Source of the DNA: a virus
Lineage: Duplodnaviria > Heunggongvirae > Uroviricota > Caudoviricetes
Virus record (IMG/VR): IMGVR_UViG_2541047747_000001
Direction: 5' to 3' (one strand)
DNA length: 46,204 bases
Part shown: positions 39,565-46,204 of the stretch, piece by piece
How positions within the stretch are numbered: position 1 is the first letter of the stretch
Layout of the letters: the number at the start of each line of letters is the position of its first letter
Made by a program: the position numbers and the translations under genes
Notes under the pieces: model-generated
Seen by the model: only the letters and a program-made list of their open reading frames with translations
Told to the model about the DNA's origin: nothing
Databases searched by the model: none

Positions 39565-39962
39565 ACCGACATACACAAATCCGCCAGGTCGTACTGGCAC
39601 GCCTTCGGGAACAGTGTGGAGACAGCGCCACGTTTTTTGACGGGCTTCCGGCATTTATTGATGCGCAGGAACTGCCTGCCGTGGCGGTGTGGCTGAGTGA
39701 TGCTCAGTACACCGGAAAAATGACGGATGAAGATGACTGGCAGGCTGTTCTGCATATTGCTGTCTTCATCCGGGCACAGGCACCGGATTCAGAGCTGGAT
39801 ATGTGGATGGAGAGCACCATTTTCCCGGCCCTGAATGATGTACCGGCACTTTCCGGACTCATCGACACCCTGATCCCACTCGGTTTTAACTATCAACGTG
39901 ATAATGAGATGGCCACCTGGGCGATGGCGGAAATCACGTACCAGATCACGTACACGAATTAA
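39549..39962 (+). CDS. U: tail terminator protein U-like
   Basis: ATFFDGLPAFIDAQELPAVAVWLSDAQYTG...PDSELDMWMES matches lambda gpU blocks as recalled. Confidence 0.8.
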   Translation: MADPMNRHTQIRQVVLARLREQCGDSATFFDGLPAFIDAQELPAVAVWLSDAQYTGKMTDEDDWQAVLHIAVFIRAQAPDSELDMWMESTIFPALNDVPALSGLIDTLIPLGFNYQRDNEMATWAMAEITYQITYTN

Positions 39963-39972
39963 GGAGGTGGCA

Positions 39973-40716
39973 ATGACCACACCAAATCCACTGGCAAAGA
40001 CGAAAGGTGCGGGGACGACGTTCTGGATGTATACCGGCAACGGCGACGCATTTGCGAACCCTTTGTCGGACACTGACTGGCTGCGTCTTGCGATGGTGAA
40101 GGATCTGCAACCTGGCGAAATGACCGCTGATGCAGAAGATGATACTTATCTCGATGATGAAGATGCAGACTGGAAAACGACAACCCAGGGGCAGAAATCA
40201 GTCGGTGATACTTCGGCGACGCTGGCCTGGCGTCCGGGTGACAGCGGGCAGAAAAAACTGGTTCAGTTGTTCGACTCCGGTGAAGTCTGCGCGTTTCGTA
40301 TCAAATATCCCAACGGTACTGTTGATGTTTTCCGTGGCTGGCTGAGTTCACTGGGTAAAACCATTGCCTCAAAAGACGTGATGACCCGCACTGTGAAAAT
40401 CAGCGGTGTGGGGCGTCCGTATCTGGCAGAGGAAGGCACTGAAACAGTGAGCGTTACCGGGCTGACGGTGGCACCGGCATCTGCCAGTGTAAAAGTGGGA
40501 GCAACCACCACGCTGACCTTTACAGTAAAACCTGACGGAGCCAGTGACAAAGCGATCAGTGTGCATTCGTCAGATCCACAGACTGCCACGGTGACCCTGA
40601 ACGGGCTTGTAGCCACGGTGAAAGGCGTGAAGCAGGGCAGTGTCAGCATTGTGGGCATGACCGCTGACGGGAATTTTGTGGCTGTGGCTGCGGTGACTGT
40701 CAGCGCCGCAGGTTAA
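39973..40716 (+). CDS. V: major tail protein V (with C-terminal Ig-like domain)
   Basis: AAGGAGG RBS; KGAGTTFWMYTGNGDAFANPLSDTDW and YLDDEDADW blocks match lambda gpV. Confidence 0.9.
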   Translation: MTTPNPLAKTKGAGTTFWMYTGNGDAFANPLSDTDWLRLAMVKDLQPGEMTADAEDDTYLDDEDADWKTTTQGQKSVGDTSATLAWRPGDSGQKKLVQLFDSGEVCAFRIKYPNGTVDVFRGWLSSLGKTIASKDVMTRTVKISGVGRPYLAEEGTETVSVTGLTVAPASASVKVGATTTLTFTVKPDGASDKAISVHSSDPQTATVTLNGLVATVKGVKQGSVSIVGMTADGNFVAVAAVTVSAAG

Positions 40717-40736
40717 CAGGACGATACTTATCATTT

Positions 40737-40760
40737 GCCCCGGTTATCCGGGGCTTTTTT
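40737..40760 (+). terminator. rho-independent terminator after V
   Basis: GCCCCGG-ttat-CCGGGGC followed by TTTTTT. Confidence 0.65.
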
Positions 40761-40773
40761 GCAGGTGGAGAAC

Positions 40774-41163
40774 ATGATGTTTCTGAAACAGGGCACGTTT
40801 AATTATGAAAAACAGTCCGTGGTGCTCAGTGAGCTGTCCGGGCTGCAGAGAATTGAATATCTGGCGTTTGTTCAGCAGCGAACGGCAAAGTTTGATGCCG
40901 GTGAGGGAGAACTGCCGGAGGCTGAACGACAGATTGCTTTTCTGCGGATGGGGATGGATATCAATGCCTGGCTGGTTTCCCGCTCACTGTGGAATGCGGA
41001 TCAGTCTAAGGATGTAGAGACGCTTTGCGCATCCGTTATTACAACATGGTCGTATGATGCCCTGGGTGCGGGGGCGGAGATGGTTCTGTCGCTGAGCGGT
41101 ATGGGGGCCATTGATAATGCCGGGGATGATGAGCATGAGGCGCTGACGCCGGAAAAGTCCTGA
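40774..41163 (+). CDS. G: tail assembly chaperone G
   Basis: MMFLKQGTFNYEKQSVVLSELSGLQRIEYLA resembles lambda gpG; followed by the T frame in -1. Confidence 0.8.
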   Translation: MMFLKQGTFNYEKQSVVLSELSGLQRIEYLAFVQQRTAKFDAGEGELPEAERQIAFLRMGMDINAWLVSRSLWNADQSKDVETLCASVITTWSYDALGAGAEMVLSLSGMGAIDNAGDDEHEALTPEKS

Positions 41164-41171
41164 CGCGGGAA

Positions 41172-41501
41172 ATGCAGTTTGTCATGCGGCTTGCCCGGGA
41201 GTTCCGGCGGGCAGACTGGCGGCGGATGCTGTCGGAAATGTCGGCCACTGAGCTTGGTGAGTGGGGCGATTATTTCCGGATGCAGAGCTTCAGTGATGTG
41301 TGGATGGATGCGCAGTTTGCCTCGCTGAAGGCATTGATCGTGAGAATGGTGTCCGGCAGCAGTGATGCTGCGGTGGCTGATTTCAGCCTTTTACCGGAAG
41401 AGAACGGGATACCGGAGCGAACGGACGAAGAACTGATGCATCTTGGGGAAGGTATTTCCGGAGGTGTGCGTTATGGACCAGATAGCCAACCTGGTCATTG
41501 A
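41172..41501 (+). CDS. T: tail assembly protein T segment (expressed as a G-T fusion by -1 programmed frameshift)
   Basis: ORF in the -1 frame relative to G, open from the end of G; candidate slippery site GGAAAAG at 41151-41157. Confidence 0.65.
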   Translation: MQFVMRLAREFRRADWRRMLSEMSATELGEWGDYFRMQSFSDVWMDAQFASLKALIVRMVSGSSDAAVADFSLLPEENGIPERTDEELMHLGEGISGGVRYGPDSQPGH

Positions 41502-44500
41502 TTTGGGGATTGATGCGGCAGAGTTTAAAAATGAAATTCCCCGTATCAAAAACCTTCTGAATGGTGCAGCCAGCGATGCAGAACGGTCTTCTGCCCGTAT
41601 GCAGCGTTTTATGGAGCGTCAGACTCAGGCCGCCCGGCAGACAACGCAGGCGGCTTCTTCGGCTGCAACAGCCGCATCCGTTCATGCGCAGACGGTGGAG
41701 AAGAACGCACAGGCTCATGAACGCATGGCCCGTGAGGTGGAGAAAACCCGCCAGCGCATGGAGGCACTGAGCCAGAAAATGCGCGAGGAACAGGCGCAGG
41801 CCATGGCTCTGGCGGAGGCTCAGGATAAAGCGGCTGCTGCGTTTTATCGTCAGATTGACAGTGTGAAACAGGCCAGTGCGGGGCTGCAGGAATTACAGCG
41901 TATTCAGCAGCAGATCCGACAGGCCAGAAACAGTGGCGGGATTGGTCAGCAGGATTATCTGGCGCTGATTTCTGAGGTTACTGCGAAAACCCGTGTTCTT
42001 ACACAGGCTGAGGAAGAGGCTACCCGACAGAAAGTGGCGTTTATCCGTCAGCTTAAAGAGCAGGCAACCCGCCAGAATCTTTCTTCTTCTGAGTTGCTTC
42101 GTGCTAAGGCTGCCCAGCTGGGGGTAAGCAGTGCTGCAGAAGTGTATATCCGCAAAATGGAGCAGGCAGGAAAAGCCACGCATTCGCTGGGGCTGAAAAG
42201 TGCAGCGGCCCGTCAGGAGATAGGCGTTCTGATAGGTGAACTGGCCCGCGGAAATTTAGGTGCGCTGAGGGGATCCGGAATAACGCTGGCTAACCGTGCC
42301 GGGTGGATAGACACATTGATGTCACCGAAAGGCATGATGCTTGGCGGGGTTATTGGCGGTATTGCCGCGGCTGTCTATGGCCTGGGTAAAGCCTGGTATG
42401 ACGGTCAGAAGGAGGGGGAAGAATTTAACCGCCAGCTGTCGCTGACGGGGCATTATGCCGGAGTCACTGCCGGGCAGCTGTGGACGCTCAGTCGTGCTAT
42501 TTCCGGGAATGGTATCACGCAACATGCTGCAGCCGGTGCGCTGGCTCAGGTGGTGGGGAGTGGTGCATTTCGTGGAAACGATATCGGTATGGTGGCGAGA
42601 GCTGCCGCACAGATGGAGCGATCGGTTGGCCAGTCGGTCAGCGATACCATAAATCAGTTTAAGCGGCTGAAGGATGATCCTGTAAATGCCGCGAAGTCTC
42701 TGGACAATGAGCTGCATTTTCTTACTGCCACTCAGCTTGAGCAGATACGCGTCCTTGGAGAGCAGGGGCGGTCCAGTGATGCGGCACGGATAGCCATGTC
42801 TGCACTGGCAGAGGAAACCGGTCGGCGTACTGCGGATATTGATAATAACCTCAATGCGCTGGGCAGTACGCTGCAAACTTTGTCTGACTGGTGGAAGCAG
42901 TTCTGGGATGCGGCCATGAATATTGGTCGTGAAGATTCGCTGGATGCGCAGATTGCCACTTTGCAGGAGAAAGTGTCGCGGGCGAAAAGACTCCCCTGGA
43001 CGGCATCATCTTCTCAGGTTGAATACGATCAGCAGCGTCTTAACGATCTTCAGGAGAAAAAACGCCAGAAGGATTTGCAGGATGCAAAAGAGCAGGCAGA
43101 GCGGAATTATCAGGAGCAACAGAAACGCCGTAATGCTGAAAATGCTGCACTGAACCGGATGAATGAAACGGAAGCTGCACGACATCAGCGTGAAATTGCG
43201 CGTATTAATGCCATGCAGTACGCCGATCAGGCTGTCAGGGATGCTGCGATACAACGTGAAAATGAACGTTACGAGAAAGCCCTGGCATCCGGTAAGAAAA
43301 AAACACGCGAAACCCGTAATGATGAGGCCACCCGGTTATTGCTGCAGTACAGCCAGCAACAGGCACAGGTGGAAGGACAGATTGCTGCTGCAAGACAGTC
43401 AGCAGGCATTGCCACTGACAGGATGACAGAAGCGCATAAACAGCTTCTGGCTCTGCAGCAGCGCATCAGCGATCTGGACGGGAAAAAACTGACGGCAGAT
43501 GAAAAGAGTGTGCTGGCCCGTAAAGATGAACTGATTCAGGCACTGACGCTGCTGGATGTAAAACAGCAGGAGCTTCAGAAACAGACGGCACTCAACGATC
43601 TGAAGAAAAAAACAATTCAGCTGACCAGTCAACTGGCTGAAGAAGAGCGCGCTCAGCGTCAGCAACATGACCTGGATATCGCCACGGTGGGTATGGGTGA
43701 TCAGCAGCGGCAGCGATATCAGGTACAACTGAGTCTTCGCCAGAAATACCAGCAACAGCTGGAGCAGTTGAGGCGGGATAGTGAGCAGAAAGGGACATAT
43801 AACACGGATGACTACAGAAAGGCCGAGCAGGCGCTGACGGAGAGCCTGAACCGACAACTGAATGAGAATCACCGTTACTGGCAACAGCTTGAAATTGCTC
43901 AGGGTAACTGGAAAAACGGTGCTATGCGGGCGTTTCAGAATTTCACGGCAGATGCGGATAATGCGGCAGGCACTGCTGAGCAGATGCTTACAGCGGCATT
44001 TAACAGTGCAGGTAATGCACTGGCAACGTTCTGTACTACCGGAAAACTGAACTTCAAATCTTTTACCGCCTCGCTCCTTTCTGATCTGGCAAAAATCATG
44101 GCTCAGATGTCCATGATGCAGGCAGTTAAGGGGATTGGTTCGGCGTTTGGCTGGGGGAGTGCAGCAACTGCCAGTGTGACGCCCAATGCTGATGGTGGTG
44201 TTTATCAGTCTGCTGATTTGAGTCGCTACAGTGGCACGGTGGTTAATCGTCCGACGTTTTTTGCTTTTGCAAAAGGTGCAGGTGTGATGGGGGAAGCTGG
44301 GCCTGAAGCCATTCTGCCTCTGCGTCGTGGTGCTGACGGTAAGCTGGGGGTTGTGGCGGATATTGGTGGTTCAGGTATGGCGATGTTTGCCCCGCAGTAC
44401 AACATCGAGATCAATAACGATGGCACGAACGGGCAGATAGGTCCGGCTGCCCTGAAGGTGGTTTATGATCTCGGGAAAAAAGCAGCAGCGGACTTTATGC

Positions 44501-44547
44501 AACAGCAGTCCCGTGATGGTGGTCTGTTCTCCGGAGGTGGACGATGA
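41473..44547 (+). CDS. H: tail tape measure protein H
   Basis: About 1020 aa, coiled-coil rich with C-terminal Gly-rich region; GGAGG RBS before the ATG at 41473. Confidence 0.85.
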   Translation: MDQIANLVIDLGIDAAEFKNEIPRIKNLLNGAASDAERSSARMQRFMERQTQAARQTTQAASSAATAASVHAQTVEKNAQAHERMAREVEKTRQRMEALSQKMREEQAQAMALAEAQDKAAAAFYRQIDSVKQASAGLQELQRIQQQIRQARNSGGIGQQDYLALISEVTAKTRVLTQAEEEATRQKVAFIRQLKEQATRQNLSSSELLRAKAAQLGVSSAAEVYIRKMEQAGKATHSLGLKSAAARQEIGVLIGELARGNLGALRGSGITLANRAGWIDTLMSPKGMMLGGVIGGIAAAVYGLGKAWYDGQKEGEEFNRQLSLTGHYAGVTAGQLWTLSRAISGNGITQHAAAGALAQVVGSGAFRGNDIGMVARAAAQMERSVGQSVSDTINQFKRLKDDPVNAAKSLDNELHFLTATQLEQIRVLGEQGRSSDAARIAMSALAEETGRRTADIDNNLNALGSTLQTLSDWWKQFWDAAMNIGREDSLDAQIATLQEKVSRAKRLPWTASSSQVEYDQQRLNDLQEKKRQKDLQDAKEQAERNYQEQQKRRNAENAALNRMNETEAARHQREIARINAMQYADQAVRDAAIQRENERYEKALASGKKKTRETRNDEATRLLLQYSQQQAQVEGQIAAARQSAGIATDRMTEAHKQLLALQQRISDLDGKKLTADEKSVLARKDELIQALTLLDVKQQELQKQTALNDLKKKTIQLTSQLAEEERAQRQQHDLDIATVGMGDQQRQRYQVQLSLRQKYQQQLEQLRRDSEQKGTYNTDDYRKAEQALTESLNRQLNENHRYWQQLEIAQGNWKNGAMRAFQNFTADADNAAGTAEQMLTAAFNSAGNALATFCTTGKLNFKSFTASLLSDLAKIMAQMSMMQAVKGIGSAFGWGSAATASVTPNADGGVYQSADLSRYSGTVVNRPTFFAFAKGAGVMGEAGPEAILPLRRGADGKLGVVADIGGSGMAMFAPQYNIEINNDGTNGQIGPAALKVVYDLGKKAAADFMQQQSRDGGLFSGGGR

Positions 44548-44873
44548 AAACCTTCCGCTGGAAAGTGAAACCCGGGATGGATGTGACATCGGCTCCTTCC
44601 GTCAGGGAGGTGCGCTTTGGTGATGGCTATTCCCAGCGTGCGCCTGCCGGGCTGAACGCTGACCTGAAAACGTACAGCGTGACGCTGTCTGTCTCCCGTG
44701 AGGAGGCCACGGCGCTGGAGTCGTTTCTGGCTGAGCACGGGGGCTGGAAGGCCTTTCTGTGGACGCCGCCTTATGGCTACCGGCAGATAAAGGTGACCTG
44801 CGCAAAATGGTCGTCGCGGGTCAGTATGTTGCGTGTTGAGTTCAGCGCAGAGTTTGAACAGGTGGTGAACTGA
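44544..44873 (+). CDS. M: minor tail protein M
   Basis: 109 aa MKTFRWKVKPGMDVTSAPSVREVRFGDGYSQRAPAGLNA, near-identical to lambda gpM as recalled. Confidence 0.9.
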   Translation: MKTFRWKVKPGMDVTSAPSVREVRFGDGYSQRAPAGLNADLKTYSVTLSVSREEATALESFLAEHGGWKAFLWTPPYGYRQIKVTCAKWSSRVSMLRVEFSAEFEQVVN

Positions 44874-45571
44874 TGCAGGATATCCGACAGGAAACACTGA
44901 ATGAATGCACCCGTGCGGAGCAGTCTGCCAGCGTGGTACTCTGGGAAATCGACCTGACGGTACAGGGCGGTGAGCGGTATTTTTTCTGTAATGAGCTGAA
45001 TGAAAAAGGGGAGCCGGTCACCTGGCAGGGGCGTAAGTATGAGGCATACCCGATTGACGGCAGCGGCTTTGAGATGAACGGCCGGGGCAGCAGTGCCCGC
45101 CCGTCGCTGACGGTGTCCAATCTGTTTGGCCTTGTCACCGGGATGGCGGAGGACCTGCAGAGTCTGGTGGGGGCCACGGTGGTCCGCCGCCGGGTGTATG
45201 CCCGTTTTCTGGATGCGGTGAATTTCGTTGCGGGCAATCCGGAGGCGGACCCGGAGCAGGAGCTGAGTGACCGCTGGGTGGTGGAGCAGATGTCGCAGCT
45301 GACAGCCATGACGGCCTCGTTTGTGCTGGCCACACCGACCGAGACGGACGGGGCGCTGTTTCCCGGTCGCATCATGCTGGCGAACACCTGTATGTGGACC
45401 TACCGCTCTGATGAGTGTGGTTACACGGGCGGGGCAGTGGCGGATGAGTTCGATAAACCCACCACGGATATCCGTAAGGACAGATGCAGCAAGTGCATGC
45501 GCGGGTGTGAACTGCGCAGGAATGTCGGCAATTTTGGCGGTTTCCTTTCCATTAATAAACTTTCGCAGTAA
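44873..45571 (+). CDS. L: tail tip protein L
   Basis: 232 aa MQDIRQETLNECTRAEQSASVVLWEIDL...NVGNFGGFLSINKLSQ, matches lambda gpL. Confidence 0.9.
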   Translation: MQDIRQETLNECTRAEQSASVVLWEIDLTVQGGERYFFCNELNEKGEPVTWQGRKYEAYPIDGSGFEMNGRGSSARPSLTVSNLFGLVTGMAEDLQSLVGATVVRRRVYARFLDAVNFVAGNPEADPEQELSDRWVVEQMSQLTAMTASFVLATPTETDGALFPGRIMLANTCMWTYRSDECGYTGGAVADEFDKPTTDIRKDRCSKCMRGCELRRNVGNFGGFLSINKLSQ

Positions 45572-45581
45572 ATCCCGGTTT

Positions 45582-46204
45582 ATGACACAGACTGAATCAG
45601 CGATTCTGGCGCATGCCCGGCGGTGTGCGCCTGCGGAGTCGTGCGGCTTCGTGATAAGCACGCCGGAGGGGGAGCGGTATATCCCTTGTGTGAATATTTC
45701 CGCAGAGCCGGAGGCGTATTTTCGTATCGCACCGGAAGACTGGCTGCGGGCAGAGATGCAGGGGGAGATTGTGGCACTGGTCCACAGTCATCCCGGTGGG
45801 CTGCCCTGGCTGAGCGAGGCTGACCGGCGGCTGCAGATAAAAAGCGCACTGCCCTGGTGGCTGGTCTGCCGGGGTGACATTCACAAATTCCGCTGTGTGC
45901 CACATCTGACGGGACGGCGCTTTGAGCACGGGGTGACGGACTGTTACACGCTGTTCCGGGATGCTTATCATCTGGCGGGGACTGAGATGCCGGATTTTCA
46001 TCGCGAGGATGACTGGTGGCGTCACGGTCAGAATCTCTATCTGGATAATCTGGAGGCCACAGGGCTGTATCAGGTGCCGTTGTCAGCGGCGCAGCCGGGC
46101 GATGTGCTGCTGTGCTGTTTTGGTTCATCGGTGCCGAATCATGCCGCCATTTACTGTGGTGACGGCGAGCTGCTGCACCATATTCCTGAACAACTGAGTA
46201 AACG
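45582..46204 (+). CDS. K: tail assembly protein K (JAB/MPN plus NlpC/P60-type), 5' portion running to the window end
   Basis: ATG at 45582; ESAILAHARRCAPAESCGF...HSHPGG...CYTLFRDAYH matches lambda gpK; frame continues through the terminal repeat. Confidence 0.85.
   Translation, partial: MTQTESAILAHARRCAPAESCGFVISTPEGERYIPCVNISAEPEAYFRIAPEDWLRAEMQGEIVALVHSHPGGLPWLSEADRRLQIKSALPWWLVCRGDIHKFRCVPHLTGRRFEHGVTDCYTLFRDAYHLAGTEMPDFHREDDWWRHGQNLYLDNLEATGLYQVPLSAAQPGDVLLCCFGSSVPNHAAIYCGDGELLHHIPEQLSK
46119..46204. repeat. terminal direct repeat identical to window positions 1-86 (circular junction or assembly overlap)
   Basis: Direct comparison of first and last lines: tttggttcatcggtgccgaatcatgccgcc... 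is present at both ends, in frame with gene K. Confidence 0.9.

Larger units (their letters stand above)
1..46204 (+). mobile_element. complete lambdoid (lambda-like) temperate phage genome, circularly closed or permuted contig
   Basis: Full lambda-like gene set (K-I-J-lom-stf-tfa-int-xis-cI-replication-Q-lysis-terminase-portal-capsid-tail) and an 86-bp terminal direct repeat (1-86 = 46119-46204). Confidence 0.9.

Overview
The window is a complete, circularly closed genome (about 46.1 kb unique; the last 86 bp, 46119-46204, repeat bases 1-86) of a lambda-like temperate siphophage of an enterobacterial host. Gene order is canonical lambdoid: tail genes K-I-J, lom, side tail fiber stf/tfa, a LexA-regulated dinI-like moron, attP-int-xis, a minus-strand early-left block of small unknown genes (including an Ea22-like gene), a cI-type repressor flanked by repeated operator motifs, three tandem Rha-family genes, a replication module (O-like initiator with internal iterons, DnaC-like loader, DnaB-like helicase), Q antiterminator, then an accessory island before the lysis genes, and finally terminase, portal, protease-capsid fusion, and tail genes Z-U-V-G-T-H-M-L-K. 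The accessory island holds a C5-cytosine methyltransferase, a convergent DUF262 (ParB-like) plus HEPN two-gene cassette, a small winged-helix gene, an N6-adenine methyltransferase and three tRNAs (Ile2-CAT, Arg-TCG, Arg-TCT); no toxin gene is present. The most interesting candidates are the DUF262-HEPN cassette (putative defence or abortive-infection module), the duplicated Rha leaders with a conserved 61-nt block and terminator-like hairpins, and an unassigned gene upstream of cI with no recognisable cro. All calls rest on reading the sequence and ORF track and on remembered homology to lambda and phage 21 proteins; no database search was run, and coordinates of small motifs may be off by 1-2 bp.
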